A stretch of DNA of 63,548 bases, the filler included, from Octopus bimaculoides (lineage: Eukaryota), in the NCBI RefSeq assembly GCF_001194135.2. It is 4 parts of 4 records of this genome, joined end to end, with 100 filler letters (N's around TTAATTAATTAA, not from the genome) between each part and the next. Parts side by side here need not be neighbours in the genome. Positions count along the whole stretch, not along the records: positions 1 to 30,467 come from NC_068996.1; 3 more parts are not named here. The stretch is one strand, 5' to 3'. Positions 12,231 to 25,430 of the stretch are shown piece after piece (position 1 is the first letter of the stretch; each line of letters starts with the position of its first letter). The notes under the pieces were generated by a model, which saw only the letters and a list, made by a program, of their open reading frames with translations, was not told where the DNA came from and did no database searches. Position numbers and translations under genes: made by a program.

Positions 12231-13830
12231 AAGGATTGAGGTAACTCCTCCAGAAGATATAGAATCAGCATTAAAAGAAGAATGCCATTGTCATCTAGTG
12301 AACGATATTTCGACATTTTGTGTGACTTCAACAGGTTCAAAAAATAATTTTGTCAATTTATTTCATTTTGGTTAATATACAAAGGATTAAGGTAACTCCT
12401 CCAGAAGATATAGAGTTAAAATTAAAAGAAGAATGCCATTGTCATCTAGTGAACGACATTTCGATATTTTGCGTGTCTTCAACAGGTTTCAAATATAATT
12501 TTGTCAATTTATTTCATTTTGGTTAATATATAAAGGATTGAGGTAACTCCTCCAGAAGATATAGAGTCAAAATTAAAAGAAGAATGCCATTGTCATCTAG
12601 TGAACGGTATTTCGACATTTTGTGTGACTTCAACAGTTTCAAAAAATAATTTTGTCAATTTATTTCATTTTGGTTAATATATAAAGGATTGAGTTGACTC
12701 CTCCAGAAGATATAGAGTCAAAATTAAAAGAAGAATGCCATTGTCATCTAGTGAACGATATTTCGACATTTTGCNNNNNNNNNNNNNNNNNNNNNNNNNN
12801 NNNNNNNNNNNNNNNNNNNNNNNNNNNNNNNNNNNNNNNNNNNNNNNNNNNNNNNNNNNNNNNNNNNNNNNNNNNNNNNNNNNNNNNNNNNNNNNNNNNN
12901 NNNNNNNNNNNNNNNNNNNNNNNNNNNNNNNNNNNNNNNNNNNNNNNNNNNNNNNNNNNNNNNNNNNNNNNNNNNNNNNNNNNNNNNNNNNNNNNNNNNN
13001 NNNNNNNNNNNNNNNNNNNNNNNNNNNNNNNNNNNNNNNNNNNNNNNNNNNNNNNNNNNNNNNNNNNNNNNNNNNNNNNNNNNNNNNNNNNNNNNNNNNN
13101 NNNNNNNNNNNNNNNNNNNNNNNNNNNNNNNNNNNNNNNNNNNNNNNNNNNNNNNNNNNNNNNNNNNNNNNNNNNNNNNNNNNNNNNNNNNNNNNNNNNN
13201 NNNNNNNNNNNNNNNNNNNNNNNNNNNNNNNNNNNNNNNNNNNNNNNNNNNNNNNNNNNNNNNNNNNNNNNNNNNNNNNNNNNNNNNNNNNNNNNNNNNN
13301 NNNNNNNNNNNNNNNNNNNNNNNNAATAATTTTGTCAATTTATTTCATTTTGGTTAATATATAAAGGATTGAGTTGACTCCTCCAGAAGATATAGAGTTA
13401 AAATTAAAAGAAGAATGCCATTGTCATCTAGTGAACGATATTTCGACATTTTGCGTGTCTTCAACAGGTTCAAAAAATAATTTTGTCAATTTATTTCATT
13501 TTGGTTAATATATAAATGATTGAGGTAACTCCTCCAGCAGATATAGAGTCAAAATTAAAGAAGATATATTAATCAAAATGATGTAGATTGACAAAATTAT
13601 TTCTTGAACCTGTTGAAGACACACAAGATGTCGAAATATCGTTCACTAGATGATAATGGCACTATTATTTTAACTTTGACTCTATATCTTCTGCAGGAGT
13701 CACCTCAATCCTTTCTATATTAACCAAAATGAAGTAGATTGACAAATTTATTTTTTGAACCTGTTGAAGTCACACGAGATGTTGAAATATCGTTCATTAG
13801 ATGACAATGGCACTCTTCTTTTAATTTTGA
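12225..13830. repeat. 151-bp tandem satellite with an internal orientation switch and a hammerhead-like motif in each monomer
   Basis: AAAGGATT recurs at 12230, 12381, 12532 and 12683 (151-bp period). Gap at 12775-13324. Orientation flips near 13565. Flanked by (ATT)n on both sides. Confidence 0.92.
13605..13645 (+). ncRNA. Variant type-I hammerhead-like fold (best copy in the 151-bp satellite)
   Basis: UGAAC-CUGUUGA-A-GACA(CACAAGA)UGUC-GAAA-UA-U-C-GUUCA. Stems I and II pair fully and stem III is palindromic (AUAU). The core has A6U plus an extra A after A9. Equivalent copy at 13432-13472 on the minus strand. Confidence 0.5.
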
Positions 13831-13835
13831 TATTA

Positions 13836-13911
<76 letters not shown>

Positions 13912-13914
13912 CAT

Positions 13915-14660
13915 TGAGTGAGAGAGCAGTGCATGCCATCAAATTGACACTGGGGTAAAATATATGAAGCCCATTATACCCAACATGACTACCCGTCTGA
14001 TAAGGGTACACCAGGCACATGCATTACAACCATATGTGCGCGACATAGTGATCTCATATCAAGATAAAAAGCGCATGATCACGCAGGTGGGGCCCAGTTA
14101 GAATTTTCTTCAGGCCGAGTAGCCCATCCTGCTCAAAATGTCCCTATTATTATTATTATCATTATTATTATTATTTTATGTTTGACTTTTGCTNNNNNNN
14201 NNNNNNNNNNNNNNNNNNNNNNNNNNNNNNNNNNNNNNNNNNNNNNNNNNNNNNNNNNNNNNNNNNNNNNNNNNNNNNNNNNNNNNNNNNNNNAGTTATT
14301 TCACTATCTGTGAGTCTTTTATTTCTGAAGATATCCCTCCTAAAATTTGCTAACTTGTTTTCGTCCAAATATAGTCTGCTGTCTTAATTTCGTGTTCTCC
14401 ATATTTGATAAGAGTGTGCGGTGTGTTTCTTTTCAGATGGCCTGCCTAATGCATAGTAATAGGCGTATATTACTTCTGTATACTCTTCTCGGATCCATTT
14501 GATCCTCTTACATTTTTCTTTCTGTGGTGAGTGTGTGGTGGACTTGGAGGGCTCGAGTTGGGGAAGTTCCTGTTCAAGTGACCATCGAGGTTCGTATTCA
14601 GAGAAGAGTTTATGCCACTGGATAACTTTGCGACCTCAAGCTAGCTCTCTCCTGGGGAAC
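13915..14660 (-). mobile_element. RLE-type LINE 5' UTR copy and N-terminal ORF fragment, separated by (ATT)n
   Basis: Bases 13965-14145 resemble 8745-8920. MDENKLANFRRDIFRNKRLTDSEI resembles the N-terminal ORF at 11446-11697. Confidence 0.65.
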
Positions 14661-15764
14661 GCGCTTCCAGATTAAACATAGGACAAGCGATTGGTGTACT
14701 GCCTTAGTTTTCCTTTTTGTTTCGTTTGACATATTTGTGCTACATTAAAATTATTAGAATTGGACCCTGTATTGTGGCAAACGTAAAAACGGTTGTTGTC
14801 TCTACAACTACTGTCGACTCCACCATTAATACCGTTACAGTTACTTTAACCTTACTTTTACAACATTACTCATCGTTAGTACCTTGATTTGTATCGTTGT
14901 GGCTAACCTTTGTAGACATAGTGACAGTATAACTGTTATTTGTTTAAATCTGTCATCTTTGCTACTACTACTGTGTGACATTATTAAATGGTGTTTAGTT
15001 TCAACTTTTGTCTTGAGATAATCATAAATATGTGAGGGTTGAAGGGAATAGTAGGAGGAAGAGAAGCAGCTTGATGAGTAGACGAAATTCCACAGGTTTG
15101 TAAACAGATTCGAAAGATGGTGAGAAGGAGATCAACAGTGGGTTTTCGCATTCCTGTTCGATTAGGAGACAAATGAAGCCTCATACCCTTGGGGTCAGTA
15201 GAGGTCAAATGTATTTACTACTACTAGCAATCAATGAGAGCGCAGCTCTTGACCTTGAAAGGAATCAATCCACTTTGTTCTATTTTTAATAACTGATAGA
15301 AAAAATAATATATATATACTGACGTTCACATCGTTGAACTTTTGAATTTCTGAATTCTTCTTTTATTTTTAAAATTTTTCATTTCTTTTTATAANNNNNN
15401 NNNNNNNNNNNNNNNNNNNNNNNNNNNNNNNNNNNNNNNNNNNNNNNNNNNNNNNNNNNNNNNNNNNNNNNNNNNNNNNNNNNNNNNNNNNNNNNNNNNN
15501 NNNNNNNNNTGCAATAAAAGGCATGTTTGCATATTCGAATATTCAGGGAGAAAAGAAAGGTAAAATTCACACAGAAAATTGTGGAAAGGAAAGGAAAGAA
15601 AAGGAAGGTAAAATTTTCACAGAAAATTGTAGGTTTTAAATTTACTAGAGACGATTGTTTGTATGTCCCAACAGAGAAAACTGTAGTGTTCTTACAATAA
15701 AAAGGATGTTTACATTTTCGAATACTCAGGGGGAAAGGAAAGGATAGATATTCACAAGGCTTAG

Positions 15765-15860
15765 AAAGAATAAGTCCTGGGGTCGATTCGTTCGACTAAA
15801 GGCGGTGCTCCAGCATGGCCGCAGTCAAGTGACTGAAACAAATACAAGAATAGAAAAATA
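15765..15860 (+). mobile_element. 3' tail fragment of SINE family B
   Basis: AAGAATAAGTCCTGGGGTCGATT...GGTGCTCCAGCATGGCCGCAGTC matches the reverse complement of 40960-41035. Confidence 0.75.
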
Positions 15861-15909
15861 AAAGAATATCAAAGTTTGGTAATTCTTTAGCTATTAATGT
15901 TTGGTAATT

Positions 15910-15941
<32 letters not shown>

Positions 15942-15999
15942 CATTATTATAATTATTCGTTCTAGCGGAGGGGCATGCTTCTTTACGCTCGTAAGGCTT

Positions 16000-17335
16000 T
16001 GCTTTATTTTCTGTCTCCAAAAGTTGTTTATTTTAGTTCGAAACATTTGTCAAAACTACCATCTTTGCATAGGTTTGGTTGGTTCGTTGTTTGTGCCCTT
16101 TGAGGGCTCAAATCTGGAAAGAAAATATTCCTTTTATTTTGAAAAAATTAATTTCAAAAACAAATATGGCGAAGCCAGCTTGCCGAAAGACATGGAGGAG
16201 GAAATTAGACGTAGCTTACTGGTAGAGAAGTGCAAGGCGTGAAATTGCTCATCGCCTTTGAAGTACTCTCTGCCTTCTACCCACAAATAGAAGGAAAGGT
16301 GAGTACCCACAAAGTTCAAAGTTCGGTTGGCCAAATTACCACTAAGACAACAAACAGTAGTAGCAGATTCAGCGTCATCACAGATCAAGGATTTAATTCT
16401 AATTATGAAATAGGATTCTTGAATTCCCCGCAATTAATTGGACTATACTAAAGACAGTTCTATATTTAAGAGATGAGGAATTATGTACATTATTTACATT
16501 ATTTATATTTCACAATGGGAAAGGAAAAAGACAATCAGCTAGCATCCCTGGACGTATTAATAACATGCCCCAAGTATGGATTCAGGACATCCGTACACCG
16601 CAAGCCGACCTTTACTGGACGATACTTCAACTTCAATTCCCACCATCCATACAGTATAAAGAAAGGGATTGCTCAGTGCCAAAACCATTGTGCAAAGAAT
16701 ATAAGTAGCGATCGTGATACACACCACGAAGAAATTATGAAAGCTCAATAACGATCTGTTAAGCAACAACTACCCCAAAAGTATACTATCCACTCCATTT
16801 ATGCAGAAAAGAGAGGATGAGGCCAATAAACTGTCCACAGTCTGTCTACCCTATGTTGAAAGGTCTCTCCGAAAAGATACAAAAGATATGCGGCCCATAT
16901 GACATCAGGACAGTGTTCAAGAGTAATACAACACTTCGCAAATATCTCTTTCGAGTAAAACCACCAATAGAAGAGAATATGACCAAAGACTGCGTGTATT
17001 TCATCCCATGCAGCTGTGGTAGGTTATACAAAGGTGAAACATGCCGCCGCCCCCTCAAAATAAGGGTAGAGGAACATCGCAAAGCAGTGACACGGGGAGA
17101 TGTTGATAAATCGGGTATAGCTGATCATGTATGAAAAATGGAGACCACCTCCCCTGTGGGATGAAGTTAAAATAATAGACAGAGAACACCACTGGAAAAT
17201 ACGAAAACTAAAAGAAGTAACACATATGCTAGGACACAACAACCTCCTAAGCAGACTGAGTGCAGATATGGGAACCGGTATTAAGGAAGGATAGGAAAAT
17301 ATTAGATTTATAAGCCCTAAAACTCACTCCATAAT
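16000..17335 (+). mobile_element. Degenerate Penelope-like element (RT thumb and GIY-YIG endonuclease)
   Basis: FTMGKEKDNQLASLDVLI...VHRKPTFTGRYFNFNSHHP, and VYFIPCSCGRLYKGET.RRPLKIRVEEH. The RT core is deleted. Confidence 0.88.
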
Positions 17336-17340
17336 TGCCC

Positions 17341-17500
17341 GCGGGCATATGGCGTAGTGGTTAAGAGCGCAGACTACTAACCCCAATATGCCGAGTTCGA
17401 TTCCAAGCAGTAACCTGAACAACAACAACAATAATAATAACAACAACAACATCGAAAAATACCTTAGGAATGAGAGCCCAGGTTCGAAATTTCCCCCATT
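17341..17500 (+). mobile_element. tRNA-derived SINE head (family C) with an (AAC/AAT)n insert
   Basis: A box TGGCGTAGTGG and B box GAGTTCGATTC. No complete cloverleaf acceptor stem. Confidence 0.7.
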
Positions 17501-17509
17501 AGTCTTCAA

Positions 17510-20500
17510 GAGAGAAGAGCTACGATTCCACCTGTGTGGGGAAACAGGCCACGTGAGAGCTCTCTATCCCAACAGAAGACAGGGAGCCATGGAAGCCTCT
17601 TACTGCCAACAACAGCTTCCCAAAATAATCAGCAACCAAACCAGCAACTATCAGCAACAAAAGCAGCTCTAATCCCAGCAACAATGGCATCGTCAACAAC
17701 AGGATCAGCAAAATCAATAAATTCTGGAAAATCAACACCAGCAACAGATACACTACCACCAATTCCTTCAACAGCAGAAAGAATAATAAAAACGTACATA
17801 CACAGCTAATCCCAGCGAAGCTCTTCCATTCCCACCCTCCCTCCGTCTACTCCAAAGTCAAATACTTTCTTAGATGCACATCCCAGTTCCACAGACACGG
17901 ATTCACGTGCAACACGCACAAAAAAATGAGAAGGAAGCCCCTAAACAAGGATTTGCAACACGCGCGATCTAACCCTCCATTTTCGGTGATTTTCAGATCT
18001 ACACATTTCTGGAATGGGGGTAACAGTGCTGTTTAGGAAAGGTCTGGATATCGAGGTACGGACGATCTTCCTGGACTCGGATGCGAAGTTGGTGGGCCTG
18101 GATGTGAGCAATAGCAAAGATGGTACTTTTTGTTTAGTCGTTGCGTACGCCCCAACTAGGGTGGGGCAGTCAGATTTCTTCAAACGTTTGGAGGTTTTCC
18201 TTGGGACATCTCGCTCTTTACTTCAAGTGGGTGATTGGAAAGCTATCTCGGATGCACACCTCAATAGGATGGGAATAGCCGATAGGAGAGAGGGTGTAAA
18301 AGCCTCTCAAATCTGTTCAGTCACTTCGAATTGGCTAATAGGTATCGACTAGATTTCTTGAATGTGCCAGTGTAGATATTGGCAAACAGCATCGGTTCTT
18401 CTAGATAGAGTATTTTGTAGGCCTACAGATAGAAGTAACATAAGTTGTCCATAATTCAAAGTCGTCGGCTACACAGACCACAAATTTGTGATCTTTGCGG
18501 TCGACATAGATGGGATCCATAGGCAAAATACTGGAGGCGTCAAGCATTCAGAGACTGGATCAGCTAATTATTCCATCAGATGTTGTCGGGTGCAATTGTC
18601 AACGACCAATAGTAGAAAGCATTGAAAGGGAGCCATTAAAGTAGACGAGGTAGCGTTTAGTAAGGAAATAACTTTACAGGTATCTAAGATAGTTGGGAGA
18701 GCTAGTTAGGTAGCTTGAAGAGGCGCTTAGGAGAGGCATAGCAACCGACGTGCTGGTAGAGAAATTGGTTCTTGATTAATTCTTCAATGTCAAGCACGAA
18801 GGTTGCATTGCCAGAGCTAGGGTGCGTGAACTAAGACACAAGGGAATGAAAGCCTTCGATAGACTCAGATAGCAGAGGGGCAACATAGCAACAAAGACAG
18901 AATTCGAATTGCTACACGAATCCAAGCAAATGTGCGCGGAATTTCAGTGGTACTTTCCCGAATTGTATGCACCGCGCAGTGAGTCGGAGACGTGGAGGAA
19001 TTCACCTCCTTCTTCGGTGGCATGCCACGCCTTGATGAGGGATGCGGAATTCTGCGAAATGCCGATAACAGCCGAAGATATACGGAACGCGATGACGAGC
19101 TGCACAAGAGAGTAGTTGCTGGGATTGGATGGTCTGCCAGACTTGTTCGGTGATCTCTTGGCGGATGTCTATATCAACTGGCAGCAGAACTGGAGAATTC
19201 CCAGTACTGCATGCCGTAGCGTAGTGATGCTGCTCAGAAATAACCCGAACAAGTGGAACCAAACAGATAATATAGACCCATAACTCTGGTGAACGTAGAT
19301 TATAAGATTTTAGTCAGGGTTTTAGCCAAGAGGTTGGCGCTTGTCGTCGACAAGCTGGTCGGTGACTCGCAGACATGCGCAATTCCGAACAAATCTATCC
19401 ACGACAACCTCCACCTCACGCACTACATCATAGAGAGGGTAGGTAAGAAACTTGACATGAGTGAGGTCCTGATCAATTTGGACCTTTCAAAAGTTTTTCA
19501 TAGGGTCGACCATCAGTACCTGGGCGCTGTTCTCGCTGCGGCCGGCTACTTTCAGTCCCGTTTTCAGAGGCTGGATAGATATCCAGCCTCTGATGTAATG
19601 TAAAGTGAAATCTGTTCGGTGGTCAAAGTAAATGGCCACCTAATGGGATAATTTAGCATCGTTCCTTCGATCCATCAATGATGCCCACTATTTTCCCTTT
19701 TGTACGTGCTGGCTCTCGAACCGTTACAATGGAAGTTGGATATTTTTAGTGGCATCCCGTGTGAACTTGGATGCGGACAACGTCATCGTCATGGTATCAG
19801 ACAACTCGGAGATAGAGGTGATCGGCACTACCATAAAGGTGTACGAAGCTATGATGGGAGCGAAAATTAATCAGAAGTCGGTGGGCCTGTAGCTCAGTAC
19901 ATGGAGGGGTAGATCAATGCCAACCGATAGCGTTGCTGGGCGCCGTACGGAAGGACCAGTTAAATTGCTCTGAGTCTCGTTTGGTCCGGACTTCCAGGCG
20001 GAGAACTGGTTGGAAGTGACGAGCAGGGTGGCTAGTTTCAACCAGAAATGGGAAGAGAGGAAGCTATCCCTGAACGTTCGAATGGAGGTAGTGAATGCGT
20101 ATATCACTTCCGTCAATTACTGCCGCTTGACCATCCTCCCTTGACCTGCTTCTTGACTGATCAAGCTGGGGTGCATACGTCTCTATTTTCTGTGGAAGGG
20201 ATGTATTCTGCTCATTAGACAATCCATCTGTTGTCAGCAGCCGCTGAATTGAGGACTGGACATGCCGTGGATAATGATGCACAGAATATGGGGTGAGGCT
20301 GCACCATCTCCAGCATTTTCTTAACAGTGAGCAGGTATGGTCGCCGTTTGTTAGACAGCATTTTTCACAACTTGTCTGATTGTTGGAGATACAGTCCTGG
20401 ATCAAGCGTAGACTAAGAAAGGGTGCTTGACATCTGGAGTGTCGGCAAGCGCTCACAACCGTCTATCAGTCGAGTTATGCGGTCAGTGGAAGTTTCACAT

Positions 20501-21045
20501 TGGAGTTCTATAGGGGATTCGTGGCAAACAAGAAACTGGACGTCGAGAAGGGTCAATTTTCTGGTCTTTTCCAGATGCTTTTAGGGATGGAGCCTGTGAA
20601 TAACTTCTAAAAATCTGTGGCCTGGCAGTGCTACCGAAGCGTTCTGCCGGTTGAAAACAAGCACAACAGACACGAAAGTGTTATCAGACGGACCTGTCCG
20701 AGGTGTGAGCAGGGCAATGAAACTTCTATCTGCACTCGTCCAGTATTACAGCATTACTGACTTGTGGAGCTTTGTCGAATAGCTGTTGACACGTGTGGGA
20801 CAGATACGGTTATCAGCCGAGTCCATTGTGAAGATCGCCCTGCCGACTTCTTTTGATCGGGAAGAGAAGGCAGTTTCCCTCTGACTAGTGGCTATAGTGA
20901 AAGTGATAGTATGGACGAGGTTCAAAAAGACTGAAGACAGATAACTTCCTTTTCGGCCAAGCTCTCATCGACTTTCTCAAGTTCGACTTGAAAAGGAAAA
21001 TGAGAATGAAGAGGAAAGTACTGCCCGCCAGTGTAGTGAATGAAG
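17510..21045 (+). mobile_element. Degenerate L1/Tx1-like LINE
   Basis: Zn-knuckle remnant HLCGETGHVRAL, APE GVTVLFRKGLDIEVRTIFLDSD, and RT NVDYKILVRVLAKRL...DLSKVFHRVDH. Many stops and frameshifts. Confidence 0.88.
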
Positions 21046-21712
21046 GCAGCCTGATCTGATCTGCAATATTTGTGGACGTGTATGCTTATCAAGAGTTGGT
21101 TTCATTAGNNNNNNNNNNNNNNNNNNNNNNNNNNNNNNNNNNNNNNNNNNNNNNNNNNNNNNNNNNNNNNNNNNNNNNNNNNNNNNNNNNNNNNNNNNNN
21201 NNNNNNNNNNNNNNNNNNNNNNNNNNNNNNNNNNNNNNNNNNNNNNNNNNNNNNNNNNNNNNNNNNNNNNNNNNNNNNNNNNNNNNNNNNNNNNNNNNNN
21301 NNNNNNNNNNNNNNNNNNNNNNNNNNNNNNNNNNNNNNNNNNNNNNGAGGAGGAGGAGGAGGAGGAGGAGGAGGTATTAGTAATATTAGTGATAGTATAA
21401 TTAACGTCCCGAACGATGCTAATAAATTTAGATGCTAGTAAATTCGTAATCGGCGAAAGTTACATAACAATTACATAATGTGATAGAATTCGCCAAAGTC
21501 TTCAAATGCCATTACACAACTTAGTGAGAACCAATAGACGTAATATTAACAAAGTTAGTTACTGTAATAATGTGTCAGCAGAAAGACACCCAGGATCATA
21601 ACCTGAGTGTGGCCCGGCCAAATTAGAGTGTAAAAAGTTAAGGGCTAAAACACTTGCCAGAGGGTTTTTCTCTTAACACTTTTTTCTGTTCAGCTGTTTC
21701 ATACCACATAAC

Positions 21713-21714
<2 letters not shown>

Positions 21715-21769
<55 letters not shown>

Positions 21770-21776
21770 AATAATG

Positions 21777-21826
<50 letters not shown>
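21715..21826 (+). repeat. Compound (GAT)n(AAT)n microsatellite
   Basis: Direct inspection. Confidence 0.95.
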
Positions 21827-21828
<2 letters not shown>

Positions 21829-22699
21829 ATTTTAAACTGTTTGACGTAACTTTTCACGAAGGTAACTAAACAATACGAAGAGCGCGATGCGATTGCAATA
21901 GATATTTTATTGGTTAAACGATATTTCGACAGCTTACTTGTCTTTGTTGAGTTCAAAATGAAAAGTGATACATAGAAATTCAAAATTATAGAAATTCACA
22001 TTCAAAGTTTGAGCGAGGATATCCTGCATTCCCACTTTGACGGAATGACATCATCAGTCTTCAATTTTCAATTTTACAACTGGCAAAGAAAGAAAAAAGA
22101 ACAAAAAGAGAAAAAAAGAGAATATTTAATCAAACAGTTTTGTTTCCCCTGTCATTTTATTCATCCCTTTATGGCATGATGTTAATAATTCACAAACATA
22201 TTTCTTCTCATGCATTTTGAGGACTGAAAGTGTAGCAGATTCTGAATATTTTCTGAGAATATNNNNNNNNNNNNNNNNNNNNNNNNNNNNNNNNNNNNNN
22301 NNNNNNNNNNNNNNNNNNNNNNNNNNNNNNNNNNNNNNNNNNNNNNNNNNNNNNNNNNNNNNNNNNNNNNNNNNNNNNNNNNNNNNNNNNNNNNNNNNNN
22401 NNNNNNNNNNNNNNNNNNNNNNNNNNNNNNNNNNNNNNNNNNNNNNNNNNNNNNNNNNNNNNNNNNNNNNNNNNNNNNNNNNNNNNNNNNNNNNNNNNNN
22501 NNNNNNNNNNNNNNNNNNNNNNNNNNNNNNNNNNNNNNNNNNNNNNNNNNNNNNNNNNNNNNNNNNNNNNNNNNNNNNNNNNNNNNNNNNNNNNNNNNNN
22601 NNNNNNNNNNNNNNNNNNNNNNNNNNNNNNNNNNNNNNNNNNNNNNNNNNNNNNNNNNNTTATATCTTTCCCTTGCAGTGAAAGATTGATGGCATTCTC

Positions 22700-23660
22700 T
22701 GACTTGAATATGACCAGCAAAAATGCCAGGGAGATTAGAAAACGAACATCATAGAACTTGGCGTGCAAATCTAGCTTGGCATCTTGTAAAAACTCGTGGA
22801 TACTTTTTCATAGAAGAAAAACCCTCTTTATGGTTTTTTCCTCTCGAGTGTTTCGAATTCAGAATCACTTTCTTTGCACAACTCGGCAAACAGACGGAAG
22901 TTGAGTACGTTTGCTTTGATGAAGTTCACCGCTGTAATCACGTAATTCAGAACATTTTTTTAACTCATCAGGTATGGTTTTCACCATTATTGCTTGTCGA
23001 TGCAGTGTGTACCAATAGCAGTTGACGATTTTTTTTTACCAAAGTCTGAAAACCGGAACGACAGCTAGGCAGTTTGTGAGCGCCGTCGGTGCACACACCA
23101 ATGACATACACCCAAAACATTTGTCCATTTTGTTAAATGTTTCCCTTGCGTTTGTTTTTGGTGCTGAGGGTTTTTCAAAACAGGAATTCATCCGCCAGGT
23201 GATTGTTATGTACATAACGTACATTTTCGCGGGAAAATTCAAAAGTAAATCGTGATTCTTAGAGATCAACTGCGACAGAATGTTATAAGACAGCTCAGTA
23301 ATTTGCCTGCTAACAGTACTGTTTGAGAGAGAGACATGCTTCAGCTTCTGAAGTTCAGAACTTCCTAGCACATTCCATATGATATCTTTGCAGCAAGGGA
23401 ATATCAACTCTTCGCTGATATTGTGAGGCTTTTGGCAACAACTATTTTCCCTGAAACCTCGTAGGATGCTTTCAAACCAGTCGTAATGTCCATGTCATCA
23501 AGTGTGGATTTCGTCAATCTCTCGGTTTCGCTATTTATTGAACTGAGATGCTTCGTTTCGAAGTACCTCTTTAACTTGCTGGGCTTTAGTGAAGTAGACG
23601 CCAAAACTTTGGAGCACAAAACACTCTGTAGTTTCCTTATCCGCCAGACTTTATGACAGT
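22700..23660 (-). mobile_element. hAT transposase remnant (Buster/Charlie, ZBED5-like)
   Basis: C.KVLASTSLKPSKLKRYFETKH, KASYEVS...KSLTISA, VSLSNSTVSRQI, and VITAVNFIKAN.LNFRLFAELC. Confidence 0.85.
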
Positions 23661-23841
23661 AAAACCGAATTTTAAATAAGATTCGTCATATCTAATTTTC
23701 CTTTTTGGAGGCATTATAAAAAAAGATAAAATTCAGTAAACCAATTTAATATAACTACATTGTATATTTATTTCGAACTTATCATATATTACTTGTGTGC
23801 ACATATGCCTTAGTGTAGCTAGCTTTTGGGTGCACTGATAA

Positions 23842-25430
23842 CACTGGTCAACAGCCAATTTTCATCAGAGATATTATATGGTGTTTCATATGTAGTTTTG
23901 TCCGCAGATTTCAAAAATGTAATCGGTTTCCTTCTATCAGGCATAGTTTTTCTGATGAGATAAGAGAAGTATATAACTCCCATCAGCAGTATCGCTATAC
24001 GTAAACGTTTTATACAGGTAAATTCTGACTTCTGTTTTATAATTATTTGTATTCTTTTTGTAATTTTATGTTTTGATAATTTTTTCTTTTCATAAATTTT
24101 ACTTTCTGTTTAAGGTGCCAAGTCATCATCATCATCATCATCAAATTCTACTCAGGATGTCAAGGCATTGCAATAACAAACCTGATATATTTTGTCATGT
24201 CTGTGTTTGTTCCGAGAGCATGTTCCATCTGAATGGCGCTTATTCATTGATTCATCTAAGGGAAGCCTCAAAGCAGTACTACTACACAATGGCAATAAGA
24301 AACCATCCATTCCCATAGGACATTCAATGCACATGAAGGAGTGTTATGAAAACATGCAAGTACTTCTCAATGCCATAAACTATACAAACTACAGCTGGAA
24401 AATATGTGGAGACTTGAAGGTGATTGGAATGTTGATGGGAATGCAATCTGGGTTCATGAAATATTGTTGCTTGTTATGCCTATGGGACAATTGTGCAACT
24501 AATAAACACTATGTGCAATCAAAGTGGCCTTTGCAAAAATCATGAGCCAAGAGTTTCTAGCGTCCAGAATAAGCCACTTTTAAACCCAGAAAATGTTCTC
24601 CTTCCCCCTTTTCACATAAAGCTTGACCTCATGAAACAATTCATGAAGACACTTGCCCGGAAAAGCTCAAAAGGTTTTGAATATGTGAAGGCCAAATTTC
24701 CAAAAATCACCGAGGCAAAACTGAAGGAGGACGTATTCATAGGTCCGCAGATAAAAGAACTCTTGAAGAACAACCACTTCCTCACAGCATTGGATAAGAT
24801 TGAGCTTAAAGCCTGGGAATCCTTCAAATGGTTTTGTGAAAATTTTCTAGGCAATAAGAGATCTCTAGAGTTTAGAAATGGAGCGAAATGTCTTCTAGAC
24901 TCCTACGCTGCAATCGACTGTCGGATGTCACTAAAAGTCCATTTCCTTGATTCACATCTGGACTTTTTTGCAGAGAACCTTGGAGCAGTGTCTGATGAGC
25001 AAGGGGAACGCTTTCATCAAGATATTGCATCGATGGAACAACGATATCAAGGATTTTGGAATGCAAGAATGTTAGCTGACTACTGTTGTATGTTATACAG
25101 AAATGAACCTGAGACAAAACACCATAGAAAGTCCAAATCCCAAAGATTTTAAGTTGTTATGCATTCGAGTGTATTCTAACATATTTGTACACAATAATTT
25201 TAATTTTGTACAATAAAAAGCCATGAAATTATCGCATCTTGTATTCAATAGACTTTATATAGACATGCTTTATGTATCCTATAAGTTAAAACAGCAGGTA
25301 TCATTAACATGAAAATGTGACCTGATAGAGGAAACTGGACTTCAGATTCGTAATCAGCATCAAAAATTAACCCAGAAAAGTCAATCAGCAACTCTGATGA
25401 TTAAAAAAAGTTTCATTTTGTTGACCAGTG
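23842..25430 (+). mobile_element. Chapaev3-type (CMC) DNA transposon with intact ends and a broken transposase
   Basis: TIR CACTGGTCAACA...TGTTGACCAGTG and TAA TSD (23839-41, 25431-33). Translations MSRHCNNKPDIFCHVC, LLPPFHIKLDLMKQF, and VSDEQGERFHQDI..MEQRYQG. Confidence 0.88.

Noticed and set aside
15065-15095. TTGATGA-GTAGAC-GAAA as a hammerhead
   Set aside because: The core lacks C3, stem II is implausible and there is no stem I. Other CTGANGA hits (for example near 24992, 28477, 61686) also lack GAAA and stems.
15510-15760. Two ~45-bp imperfect direct repeats about 185 bp apart
   Set aside because: Short, degenerate and next to a gap, with no supporting structure.
16025-16060. GAAACATTTGTC near the Penelope 5' end as half a hammerhead
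   Set aside because: No CUGANGA core upstream.
17341-17410. Possible tRNA gene
   Set aside because: A and B boxes are present, but there is no complete acceptor stem and it continues into a SINE body.
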